Origin: Octopus bimaculoides
Lineage: Eukaryota
Assembly: GCF_001194135.2 (NCBI RefSeq)
Contig: NC_068985.1
Coordinates: 90,418,952-90,456,133 of the forward strand
Length of the DNA stretch: 37,182 nt
Reading direction: 5' to 3'
Part shown: piece after piece, positions 1-12,058 of the stretch
Layout: each line of letters starts with the position of its first letter
Numbering within the stretch: the first letter of the stretch is position 1
Notes under the pieces: generated by a model
What the model saw: the letters and a program-made list of their open reading frames with translations, nothing else
Told to the model about the DNA's origin: nothing
The model's database searches: none
Made by a program: the position numbers and the translations under genes

Positions 1-250
1 TATATATATATATATATATATATGTATGTGCATGTATATGTTTGTGCCTGTGTGTTTGTCCCACAACATCGCTAGACAACCGATGGTGCTGTGTTTGCCT
101 CCCCATAACTTAGCATTTCGGCAAAAGAGAGCGATAGAATAAGTACTAGGCTTCCAAAGAATAACTTCTGGGGTGGATTTGCTCGACTAACGGCAGTGAT
201 CCAGCACGGCGGCAGTCAAATGAATGTAACAAGTAAAAGTGTAAAAGATG
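1..250 (+). mobile_element. SINE family A, 3' half (starts in its internal (TA)n/(TG)n tract)
   Basis: Body 'gacaaccgatg...taacttagcatttcggcaaaagagagcgatagaataagtactaggctt...gatttgctcgactaa...tccagcacggcggcagtcaaatga...acaagtaaaag' aligns by eye with the copies at 4652, 14462, 17181 and 25557. Confidence 0.8.
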
Positions 251-282
251 AAAAAAGTGAAAGAGAAGTAAGAATATCATTC

Positions 283-462
283 GCAGAATCCCAGCAAATT
301 CTGTTCTGGGGAAGGGCATGTCTATTACGTCGACCCCAGTTTCCAGCTAGCACTACTTCTGTCGACCCCTGAATTTGGATTCAGAACGTGCAAGTGGAAG
401 AATTACAGCTATACATTTTGTACAGCAAGATATCGATCCCACTGGCTCGCTGACTTACCTAG
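283..462 (-). mobile_element. SINE family B, degenerate and internally deleted
   Basis: Minus strand has a B-box-like 'gttctgaatccaaattc' followed by 'ggggtcgac...actggggtcgac...cccttcccc'. This resembles a cephalopod tRNA-SINE consensus recalled from memory, not searched. Confidence 0.6.
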
Positions 463-3400
463 AATAAAAGTTATAATAAGAAAGAAGGAAAATAAAGACA
501 ACAGGAAATAAGTTTAGATGGATGAAAATCTGCATAGAACTCTACAACTACAAGTTGAGAAGGAACTAACTCGCTGATAACTTCCAATTATTTGACGATG
601 GTTACTTTGTCATGCGCGAAGGTAAAACTGCAAATGTTCACTGAAATACAGAAAATCAATCTGAATCGACAGCCTCCCTCCTGAATAGCTGAAATGTAAT
701 AGAGAGGCTATAATGGACGATTTTATCACTATATGAAGCAAAATATGTCCGACCGATGAATGATCGAATCTGTGGATTCATTTGGAACATACTGCTTCTC
801 AAGAATATAACATGATTAAAAGATATATTGTTCATTCAACATTGACTTCACAGTTATGGTAGAACAATATTTTCATGCGGAAACTAACAGCTGTAATATA
901 TTTTGAAATATGATTATTTTTATGCTTTCTGCATTTTAAGAATATTCTGGTATTAGTAAATATTATACTATTCTTAGTAAATCAGTTAATCATGTTAATA
1001 CTCTAATTAGTACCATTGATCTCAGTGATTATGAAAGTATGTTAATATTTCTTTATTCTGAAACTATGCTAAACCGATTCTTTCATCTGTATTTGCGTAA
1101 GTATGTCACATATATATGTGGAATGTTCCGTTTTCAATTAGGATTTTGCGCATTAGGATTAACAAATATATCGATCAAGAATACGTTGCACAGTATGGCA
1201 TTTGTTATTATGTATTTAACAAAATGATTCTCTCGATATTATTTACTTTTGACCTTCATTATAAACTCTAGACACACGCTACTTGATAAATATTGACGGA
1301 GTTAGTTTGGTAATAAGTGATGCCTTTCCCCTCGCTTATGAATATAACAATACCTATGTACATTTCCTACTTGCGGTGAATAATGTCGTCTACACATTTG
1401 AAACTAAATATCATATTGATATTGAAGAAACTATTTTAATCTCATTAGACTTATTAAGATTTCAGATATGGCCTTTGCTTGAGTCTTTTCATTAAAACGC
1501 CATTCATTTAAATTTTCCTTGCGTGATAATTATGGCTTTGTCGAAAGTATCAATCGATTATCTTAACTCCTGCTAGGAGAGAAGCAATACAAGTGATATT
1601 TTGTTTTGTAAAGTAAGGTCTGATATTAGCAAAAACAAAATTTCATTGAAATTCATACATAATTAGAAGCTTGAAGTAAAACCGGGGATTTCTTTATTCA
1701 TAATATAACCACAAGGCAATTCATCAAAAGAAACGTTATCAAGAAATTTCTATTTCATCATTTCTACGATCCTTTAATTATAACATTTGATTTTTATTGT
1801 CAATCAGATTGCTGTTTTGAAAGAGATTACACTGGTCACCTTCATCCCTCATTAAAATAATAGAGGTAATTAAAATATAGCTAGAAGTATTGCGCTTTTT
1901 CAATGCAAGAGATATCAAAAACGAGAATGATGTTTGCTAGGGTTAATGTGGAAATATTCATGATTGAAAGGATGGAGTCTGTTAAAGATAGATATCATAA
2001 AGGTTATTGGCCGAAACTTTAGGAACTTAACAAGAGGGCCAAAACGTGGTATGTCTAGATTTATGTTGTACCTAATAAGGTGACCAGTTTCGAATGAATA
2101 ATATTAAACTTATTTCTCAGAACAATAGCTCAGGACTTGCGTGGGACTTCGTGGTTAAAATGTCACTTGAGTAGATCTTCACGACAGAAAAATTAAATTG
2201 GAACGACTATCATTGTTATGCTCAATTAAGCAAATGATTTTTCTGTTGAAATGTGGCATGTCGTTCCTCTAAGTTATCATTTTGCTAAAACCCATTTAAT
2301 TTTGTTATGAAACGAACGTTAATAGAAGGCTGCAATCATAAGCAGAACAAAGTTCATGTTATCTGGCTACTTAACAAAATAAAATAAAATTCACAGCTAC
2401 TTGAATCATTGTGCTTTTATAACAATTCATCAGTCACTGTAAGATTCATATAATGAAGAAAGTCAACTGGAAAACACCGGTCGATGAACTAAAACAGTGG
2501 ACAAATGACAAAGGATTTCAAGAGTGGACTGTACGAAGAAATAAATCAGCAATAAAATGAATATCGCAATCTTCTGTCAAACAAGAGGAGTTAAATGATT
2601 TGCATTTTTATAGAATTACACATCGAACAATAATTCTATTGCATATATTTGTGTTGCTAATTTTTCTCACATCACACGCACACAAAATATCAACCTCTAC
2701 GTAAACAAACGGAGTAGATTTTCGAAAAGTACGGACATTCGGAATAATGGATATGTAAATGGAACATTAACTCTTATTTAGAATTTATAAATGGTTACCT
2801 TATATAATTTGTAATGTAACATATAATTTAAGGTTTGCTCAAGGTATCGTTTAATTCGAGAACTGATGAAAATAAATGGAAATCCTCTAACAGTCCACCT
2901 ACTAGGAACATCGTGCTCATCGTCATCGAACATTCCTTAATCTCACAGTACAAAGGAGTATCTTATTCCTTTCCCTTATTTATTGCATAAAGATGTGTTG
3001 CCCTATTAAACCGAATGCTCTGTTTGATGTGTGAAGGATGTCAATAGTTAAAGTTCAAAAACGTCTGTGTCCGTGTTTTTTAAAAATTAAATCGGTATCG
3101 TTACAAACATTTACCTGAATGTGTGAGAGAAGCAGGTCACTACGACCTATTTCTGTTCTGAGTTTAATGGATGAATGAGAGTGTTCATCTTAGAATGACC
3201 ATTAATTCATTAGAATATGTTTGGCACAAATACAGAATTAATCGGAGATGCGTTTCCAATTTGCGATAACGTCATGCTTAAAATTTTGATCTGTTTTCTT
3301 TACTTCCTGATATAAGTTTTCCTCAAATGAAAACATCAATTTATTATTAGAAGGAACTATTTCGTCCACATAAGTGTGATATATATTCGTCAAATTCTTT

Positions 3401-3753
3401 TACCCTCATATTACAAAGTATTTTCTTCCAGTACTAAGCCTACTGATTTGATGTTGAAGTCAATTTCAAACGACCGATTAAAATTTGTCTGTCCTTTACT
3501 ACACCGTGTTTGATTGCTTCCAGGCGCAACATATGTGGTTAGTAGAAAGTTACTAACATCGAACAGTGTTAGCGTAGTTTATTCTGGGGCAGTAGAAGAG
3601 AGTATTTGGAAAAGTCGGTGTCATTCCGAATATGGCTGGATATTGATGGAGATCAGTGTTTGAAAAGTACGTCTAAAAAATTATTACTTAGACGTTATGT
3701 TGGAGACTTATGTGCTGAAACTATTAGTTTAAAAGTTTTTTTTATGGCTGATT

Positions 3754-3990
3754 TTACCGTTCGCTTATGTTCTTTATTACCGAACTTTTAAAGATCTTGG
3801 CTAATTCGTAGGAACTTTTTACTCTAATTTTAGAACTGCATAAACAGTTCGTCTCTTCCTCTATGAAGGAGTCTGGATATTGATTAGTTAATACTCTGAC
3901 AGGATTCCTATTTTTTTTCACTGTATTTTTTGTTCGTTTCTTGTAATTTTGGTCTATTAATTGTATTATTTTCGGTTTATAACTTGACAA
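3754..3990 (-). pseudogene. Possible Penelope-like retroelement relic
   Basis: ORF segment KIIQLIDQNYK...VRVLTNQYPDSFIEE resembles the post-RT 'LIDRA...L..NGYP..FI' motif of Penelope-like elements. No RT core or GIY-YIG motif seen. Confidence 0.3.
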
Positions 3991-4014
3991 AGACACACAC
4001 ACGTTCTCTCCCAC

Positions 4015-4020
4015 ATAAAA

Positions 4021-4054
<34 letters not shown>

Positions 4055-4135
4055 TTTCAGACACACACAAAATGTCAGACACACACAGACATGCGCACAC
4101 AGAAAACCTTTCTCTTTCACACACATACATTCACA
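4015..4135. repeat. (CA)n microsatellite with degenerate flanks
   Basis: Direct reading. Confidence 0.9.
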
Positions 4136-4651
4136 TTGAATTTGTCGTATTCTGTAGCTAAGGAGCCTCTGAACAGGTGACCAAAGAAATCAAGTCAGCC
4201 ATTTAATCATTAAAAACAACAATTTATTTCAATTGATAAAATGGTTAACCTAATTTGACCTATCCTGAAATCAACCATTCCAGAAAACATTCTTTTTATT
4301 TCTCCTTTTCTTTCTTCCAAAAATCTTATGTACACTTTGTTTAACAATTGACCACAGACACACCCATATATGCAAACACACGCACACACATTCGATTAAC
4401 ATGACAAAGAATACCTATAATAATGGCTTCCCAATATCCTTTCTCCAAAACCCAAGAATACAATTCAACTCTTTAACATTTGCAACTAGCTTACATACAG
4501 CAAACGAGAAAAATATTCAATACTAACTCACTGTTCATAATAAATCACTGATGGGGCTGAAAGAACTTAATATATGACAAGTGTAACAATTCTAACTTTA
4601 CTTATAAATATATAAAATCCGCACACCACTATTATCAATCTCTCCATAGGT

Positions 4652-4814
4652 ATAGGCGTCACTATGTGGTAAAAAATTCGCTCTCAACCACATGGTTGCG
4701 GTTTCAGTCCAGCTGCTTTGCATCATCGGGAAGCGTTTTCTCGTATACACTCGAGTCAACCAAAGTCATGTGAGTGGATATGATAGAGGGAAACCGAAAG
4801 AAGACTTTCTACAC

Positions 4815-4863
<49 letters not shown>

Positions 4864-5115
4864 ATGTGTACGCACTTGCGTGCGTGCGAATATGAATGTG
4901 TGAGCGTGTGTTTATATTTATGTGTTTGTGTTTTCTGTTTGGCACGCCCTTCCACTTGACAACCGGAATTTAGCGGTTTGGCAAAACAGACCTATCGAAT
5001 ACGTACCAGGCGTTAAAAAATACCATTGGTGGGGTTGATTTATTCAACAGTAACAGTTGAAAATGGTATCCCAGGATGGCTGCAGTCAGATGAGTGAAAC
5101 GAATTATAGATTAGA
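4652..5115 (+). mobile_element. SINE family A, near full length and diverged
   Basis: tRNA-like head 'aggcgtcactatgtggtaa...caaccacatggttgcggtttcagtcc', body 'gtgagtggat...gaaaccgaaagaag', internal (TA)n(TG)n, tail 'cccaggatggctgcagtcagatgagtgaaac'. Confidence 0.8.
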
Positions 5116-5280
5116 GAAATATATATGTGCAGATACACGCAGCCACAGACACATACACACAGATATATGCACAGAGGTGTTCACTTAAATAATTACAATG
5201 ATACTTCACCTGAACAGTCTTGCCCTTTTTTCTTATATAATATATAAACGCATACATACATTCATGCGTGCATACATATA

Positions 5281-5430
5281 TATCAGGTCATCCCATAAGT
5301 AATGTTCGACTTTTGCGTCATGGAAAAGTGATCTAACTTTACATTTTAATGAAATTCAATCCTGTATGTAATTCCTACCGTTATATATAACTTCATTCCA
5401 TTTGCTCATCATAATTTTCCATTTTCATGA
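5281..5430 (-). mobile_element. Tc1/mariner element, 3' end only
   Basis: TA followed by TIR-like 'tcaggtcatcccataagtaatg'. The minus strand encodes WKIMMSKWNEVIYNGRNYIQD*, matching the mariner transposase C-terminus (KL..RW..VI.N.G.YI). No partner TIR seen. Confidence 0.75.
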
Positions 5431-6861
5431 CATGTTACACGGTACTTTTATGTAAAATCTATCGGATTGCAGAGGGCAATATGAAATACGATAATATAGA
5501 TACTTAAGAATTAAAATAAAATAAAATAAAATAAAACAAGAATGAATATTTTTTCTCAAATATTATTGCTACGAGTTGCAAAATATTTGACATTTCTACA
5601 TGAAATATGCTGCGTTTGTATAAACAAAACGAGAAAGTTGAAATATCTTAGAACGACATATAAATAAGGATTTTTCTTCCTGAAAACTGTATGAGAAAAA
5701 TATTCGAAGCAATGCCTTTACGCCATCGAGTAAATTATCATGCAAGAAGAAAACATAATATCAATTAATGTATGGAAAGAAAGATTAGTACTTGATCAGC
5801 CTTCATAATCACACAGTTGTTGCTGTCAGACAAAAGAGAGTACCAGGTAATGAGTATTTCTACAGCATCCTATAGCCTCCTTAGCACAAATATATTACTT
5901 ATCCGTATATCATTTACTGAAAATTGAAACAGTTACTTAAACATTACATTCTCTTTGATTATGTTAATATGATCTTAAAGGCAGTCTCGATTTGTTAGTC
6001 TGTTTATAATATTTCCAAGCATATAAAACTTTAGTAAGTATTAGAAGCCGAATTTCAAGATCAGATATAAAATATAGTTTTACAATAACTCGATACATTC
6101 ATACATTCTCTCAAATTACTGTTTCCTCTTAAACATATTTCACCTAGCTGTCTGTTGGTGTCTTCGCAAGCTCAAATAATATCGGAAGGAAAGAGCTGCA
6201 CTTTGTCATGTTTAATCTGAAGAGAAAGTTTGAAGTGAAAATAAAATGATTACTAAAACTATGGAAACTTTCTCAGGTGTGCTAAATAATGAGGCAAATT
6301 CTATGGTTCTGTGTATACAATTTGTGTAGTTCAGTTTTAGATTTGATCAGATTGTTAAACACGTTCTGACCGGAACGAACTTTAAGAATACGACGTTACT
6401 GAAGAACAAAAGATAATATAATTTACTGTTCTGTGAATAGAACACGAAACCTCAATACAATAACTCAGATTGTGTCAATACAATGCATCGAGTTATTTAT
6501 ATCTTATATAATCTACAACTTATTCGCAATACTGCCGAATAGTTAAGAATTCTAGTTTTAAACCATGATATACTTGGTTCAATACAACTGCGTAGCAAGT
6601 CGATCTATTGTAATTTTCAGAATCTCAGCTCGACCAATAACTTCTGAAAGATGTTACAGGAGATTTATTAGTCAACCAGGTGTGTTATACGTGTACATTA
6701 AATGGTACAACTGTATCTTAAACTACGCTAGGATGATTCGATGCGAGACTTATGTAAAGAGAGAAAGCGCTAGTGGAATGCCAAGCCCCTATACATTTTG
6801 ATTCCGATGGGGGACGTTTAGTATATACAAGAAATGGGTGCTCACTGTGCAAACGACGGAG

Positions 6862-7032
6862 ATCCATCACCACCACCACTACCGCCTCTACCGCCACCGC
6901 TGCCACCACGCTTAACGCCATCACCAATTACCACCAGTACCATCACCAGCATCAACTAAGCGCCGCCGACATCATCACCATCATCACCACCACCATCATT
7001 ACAATAACAACAATAACAACAACAGCAACAGC
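6862..7032. repeat. Compound trinucleotide repeat (CAC/CGC/CAT/AAC)
   Basis: Direct reading; explains the Thr/His-rich ORFs here. Confidence 0.9.
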
Positions 7033-7584
7033 TGCTTCTTTTCGAAATTTCCAATTCGAAGTGAAACATTGCAAATATAATGAATGTGGCAGCAACACTT
7101 AATACTGCTTAACAAAATAAGCTCTAATATAATTTTCCTTGTAAAATTAATATATAAATTTGACGAATGACAACACTTACACATTCGGATTGATACCATT
7201 TAGAGATAAACATGAGTTTAGAATCTTGTATACCATTGAATATTTAGAATTCCAACGCATCGTGTGGCTGCAGAGATGACATCGATATTCCTGTAGGAAT
7301 ACAAATAGCATTTTACTGACTAAGCTGAAGGGTCTGCACGTATGATATAAAACAGTAAATGATTTATAGTATATAGTAGCGTATTAATATTAAGAAGAGG
7401 TATATCTCAACACACCAATATCATATGCAGACAATAATAATTTTAGTATTTCTATATAGAAGATTGATTGAATAATACTGACAACATAGATTCAAATTTT
7501 AATGGAAGCACTGTCAAAAGTAATGTTTTTAAGATGGATGTGCATTTAAATGGCAGGTGCATGCTATACATACGCACACATAGC

Positions 7585-7722
7585 TATATATATATATATA
7601 TACATATATATGTACATGTGTGGGTGTATATATATATTTATGTATATGTGCAAATATAGAAATATATATACATAGAAAAACATATACAAACATAAACATA
7701 TACATATATACATGTGTGAGTA

Positions 7723-7763
<41 letters not shown>

Positions 7764-7798
7764 AGAAACGTATACATATATACATGTGTGGGTGTGTG

Positions 7799-7866
<68 letters not shown>

Positions 7867-7950
7867 CATACATACATACATACATATACATACCTTCATG
7901 CATACATACACACATAAATATATACAAACATACATACAAACATACATACA
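7585..7950. repeat. Compound microsatellite (TA)n/(GATA)n/(CATA)n
   Basis: Direct reading. Confidence 0.92.
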
Positions 7951-8486
7951 TATGAAACCATTGTAATACTATGGAAACTGACATCAGATACTGCTACAAA
8001 GGTAGTTGACAAGAACAATGTTTGAAAATGTGGTTTTCATATTTCTACTTTTAGCAAAAATACATACATCTCTGACGTTACCAATTAAATAATTTGCAAA
8101 AAAATTTATCAAAGTTTGAAGGAAGATAAAATTTCTAATTAATGATTTCCAATTAGGTAGCGATTTCTCTATGTATTATTTTTGTTTGATGGGCGGTGTT
8201 CATTATAACTGTGTTTTCAATGATAGAATGTACATTTAATATTTGATCAGTATCGATTATAAAAATATATATTTAGCGTAAAATAATTAAATTTTTCAAT
8301 CATAATTACGTAATATGAGAACTTTTTTGTTGTTCAGGTGCCGGTCAATTCTCAGAGAAACTTGAAAATACTTCAGTAGTACTACTTAGAATACACATAA
8401 TATTATGAAATAATTACAACATTTCCACTATTACATCTGGTTCTTAAAATATATATTTATCTATGTATAACCTGAAATACTTGAAG

Positions 8487-8489
<3 letters not shown>

Positions 8490-8543
<54 letters not shown>

Positions 8544-8700
8544 ATTATATGTATATATATATGCGTATATATATGTATACATATGTATATGTATATATAC
8601 TTTTATATATATTAAATCCATAATATATAACAGGCATACCATACATGAATTAAATATATATATATTATATATCATATTATATATATGTCATATTATGTTA
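8490..8700. repeat. (TA)n and degenerate AT-rich repeat
   Basis: Direct reading. Confidence 0.88.
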
Positions 8701-8799
8701 TATCATGTATAAGACTTAAATATGTTTCGACGAAAGTTGTGTGCAGGCCATGTCTAAAGTAATAACACCTGATAGGATTATCTAAATCCTTTAAAGTCA

Positions 8800-10715
8800 A
8801 GTTTTGCGGTACCATGATCCTTTCGAGTAGCGAGTTCTTGTTGACTGAGTTGTATTCAGGTATAGGGAGAATTGTCTCGTAATCCTTGAAGAATTTTGTC
8901 CAGATTCCGTTTAGCGGTCATGGGATCCTTTGCCTCTTTGAGCTGGTTTTGGGACTATGGGAAATAGGGCAGGGACTGTTAAGGAAAAGAAATTGCGTTG
9001 CAGTGTATATATGTGTTTTGATCGTGAATTGAGTAGCATGGTCCTAGCGTTGGATGAATTTTGCAGCTTAGAGTTTGCTCGTTTGGGCAATGCTGTTGGT
9101 ATATTATCGACAACGCTGGAGAAAAGTTTGATTGCTTTAAGGCGGTCCCAGTAATCGACATCAGTCATGCCCTTAATTATTTATTGAATGACCTTTGGCG
9201 TGATTCAGTTTTTGAGATGTTTTGTTTTGTATGGGGAGACCACAGGAGCGTGGCAGAAGTATTCCAGGTGTGGATTTACAAAAGAAAAGAAAAGTGGAGT
9301 GATGACACCTTGTTCTCTGAACCGAAACGTTCTTAGGATATCTTTCAGGAGCTGATCCTAGGGGACATCGACCGTATTGATGATGAGGGCGCTCCAACTG
9401 AGATTGTTATCAATATTTACTCGTATGGCACTGATTTTATTTTTTGCTGTGAGAGTTTCCCCCGAAGGAAGAGAGAATGGCTGTTTTAGCATAGTCTTCT
9501 TTTCAAAATTTCTCAGCTCAAACTTTACCCCATTTAGTTGCATTTTTTTTGTCTGCCCATTGACTCACATCATGTATATCAGACAGGAGTTGAGTTCCGT
9601 CTTCTTCGTTGATAATTTTCTGGAGCTTAGAGTCATTAGCGAATATTTTCACTTTGCTGTGCTTTATGACACTGGAAATGTCGTTTATATAGATTTTAAA
9701 GTGGAGTGGGCCCACTGGTAACTGTTGTTGGGCTTGAGTGGATTCCGTAGACCAAAACACGTGTTCTGTTCATCAGGAAATGCTCAATCCATTGTAGATG
9801 TATTTCACGGACTCCAACATTTGTCAGATTTCATAATAGGATATTATGGTCAACTCTGTCGAACGCTTAACTGAAGTCAATGCATATGATATCAGAGTTC
9901 GAACCTTTTCCCAATGTTTTAGGTCTATCATCGATGTGGTGTAAGAGCTATGTTAGACAATCCCTGCCGCAGTGAAAGCCATACTCGTTTGGATTTAGAT
10001 GCTTGCTACTCTCAAAAAAGCCAGCTATCCGCGATCTTATTATCCTTTCAAAACTTTAATGACATGGGAAGTGAATGAAATTGGGCAATGGTTGGCTGCG
10101 AAGGATCGGTTTCCCTGTTTGAAAACCGGAATGGCAGATTTGGATCGGATTTATTTCGGTAATTAACCTAAGTCTAAAAAATTTCTCCAGAGGTTGATCA
10201 GTGGGACTGCAAGTTGGTGTCTACATACCTTCAGGAGACTACGGGGAATATATCAAGGCATACAGCAGAATAGTATTTGCTTTTATTTATCGCTGCAATG
10301 ATGTCTGAATCAGTGAAAGTATCTCCGTGATTTTATGTTGGGAATCGACTTCGTTGACTTACCGTACATCAATATCAGTTGGATCACTAAAGACAGAGCA
10401 GCATTGTTTCTACAGCATTTCTGCTATTTCTTTAGCATCGTGTTTCAGAATGCAGTTATCATCGATCAATGTCCTCTGCAGATATTTGATTTTCAATGGT
10501 GGTTTTCATGTCGGTCTGCAGACGAAGTTTTTCCAACTGCAGCCTTTTCATTGTTGTTGAATGTGAATGTTGTATGTGGGAGTATTTTAATTGGCTGAAT
10601 TTTTCTTTTAAATTAAGTCTTTTGGTGCACCTGATGAATGTCTTTTCGATCCAGGGTGACGGTTTCTGTTCGGGTTAGTGGATTTCGTAGGAGTGTGTTT
10701 TGAGCATGTTTGGCG
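8800..10715 (-). mobile_element. 5'-truncated, decayed LINE (CR1/L2-group) reverse transcriptase ORF
   Basis: Minus-strand translation gives RT motifs in the correct order, with stops and frameshifts: AIPVFKQGNRSFAANHCPISFTSHV; NEYGFHCGRDCLT*LL; IICIDFS*AFDRVDHNILL; GPLHFKIYINDI; KVKIFANDSKL (FADD equivalent); MQLNGVKFE; DNNLSWS; DYWDRLKAIKLFS; KRNLDKILQ...NSLLE. Confidence 0.92.
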
Positions 10716-10744
10716 TATATATATATTAAATATATATTATGTGT

Positions 10745-11101
10745 ATGAGTCAACTGATGAGATCCAGGGATTCTGAATATAGAAAGCACTATTGTTCACA
10801 GTTATTGTTGGAACAGTTTTCGTTAAATTCCGATAGTCTGCTATTTAACATCCTGCAAAGAAACCTAAAAGATCTACATTCCGTCGATGTGGAAAGGTTA
10901 AAAAAGGACCGGGACTCATTTCTCTCCGAAATTTCAGGTTAGACCCCACCACAGCAGGAGGCACAAAGAAGATCATCTTCCTCTACTCGCTTCTTCAGAA
11001 AAGAAACAATATCGGAACGGGACGCAAAAATACTGAAAATAAGTACTCCAGTATGGCCTATCTTCGAGCTGAAAGCGGTAAGAAGAATAAAAGAATAAGA
11101 A
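10745..11101 (+). mobile_element. 3' terminal fragment of a second LINE subfamily (ORF2 C-terminus, 3'UTR, short-repeat tail)
   Basis: LLFNILQRNLKDLHSVDVERLKKDRDSFLSEISG resembles the LFN.LP..LR......FK..LD.FL C-terminus of CR1/L2-group ORF2. Followed by 'gtactccagtatggcc...ctgaaa' and an (AAGAATAA)-like tail. Confidence 0.68.
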
Positions 11102-11124
11102 AATACACGCACACACAGATACAC

Positions 11125-11255
11125 TCACTCTCAGAAATACGCGCGCGCGCACAAACGCACAAAGATGGGCAGCTACATATAAAGATACATGAATACATAC
11201 AAACATACACATACAAACATACACATACAAACATACACATACACACATACGCACA
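11125..11255. repeat. (CA)/(CATA) compound microsatellite
   Basis: Direct reading. Confidence 0.85.
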
Positions 11256-11955
11256 TATTCGCCTGACTATATGCGTGTTGCCATATATTCTACTTATTTG
11301 CAGCATTTCCTTTTCACATCGTACAGCTTTGAGTGCATTCCATTTATGATGCCTATCAACCCTATAAGAAGGCAAAAATGCACCAAAGAAAACAGTTTTT
11401 TAACCACAAGGAGATACACCTTCACGCGATAGAAACTAGATTCTGTATACATCGTGCAAGGATTGTGAATGTTTGTAACATGAAAATCGGAATCTTGATT
11501 AAATCATCCTATTATATTTGGTAACTAAATGAACATAAACATAGAATTTTCAATTTCAACAACGGATAATTAAATATAGACCATACTAGAAGTACGGAAA
11601 AGAAAGATTGAAGTGGATATGAAAATATTATCCTAAAATGAACAACTAATGATTTTGTTTGAGAATAAATTAAAATTGTCGGGAAATATTGAGAATTTGA
11701 GACGAATCTTTTATACAGTAGATTATCATAACGTTCCACTGATTGAAGTGCATATAACTTACGGACAAAAACGAGAATTATCCAAATATATACAAATGAA
11801 TGCATCGTATATTTACCAAAGTTATTTGCTTTTGTCATGTTTCGTCATTTATTGAATCTGTGCCTATTAATAAAATGTTTATTTTGCTAAAGAATTTCAT
11901 ATTCTTCATAAATAAAACATATTATGTTATAAATTTCTTGGCTCGTTCAGATATA

Positions 11956-12058
11956 TATAGATGTTTTCGATCAAGTTTGGATTCTTTGCTATCGAATTTG
12001 ATTGCAAAGAATCCACATTTGATGGCAAAGAATCCAAACTAGATCGAAAACATATATA
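11956..12058. repeat. Inverted repeat with 42 bp arms and a 19 nt spacer (MITE-like or hairpin RNA)
   Basis: Left arm tatagatgttttcgatcaagtttggattctttgctatcgaat versus reverse complement of right arm tatatatgttttcgatctagtttggattctttgccatcaaat: 4 differences. Confidence 0.88.

Noticed and set aside
452-510. Perfect minus-strand donor AG|GTAAGT next to a polypyrimidine tract
   Set aside because: It coincides with the head of the SINE-B copy and an A-rich flank; no open exon can be built.
6773-7102. 109 aa Thr/His-rich ORF
   Set aside because: It is produced by a compound trinucleotide microsatellite; the flanks show no recognisable domain.
7529-7984. Several 70-150 aa Y/I/M/C/V-rich ORFs
   Set aside because: Translations of (TA)n/(CATA)n repeats. 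The same applies to the ORFs at about 11000-11370, 15420-15880, 27050-27250 and 32750-33270.
8800-11101. Twin-priming 5' inversion of a single LINE
   Set aside because: Both pieces contain the homologous ORF2 C-terminus with different sequences, so they are not adjacent segments of one RNA.
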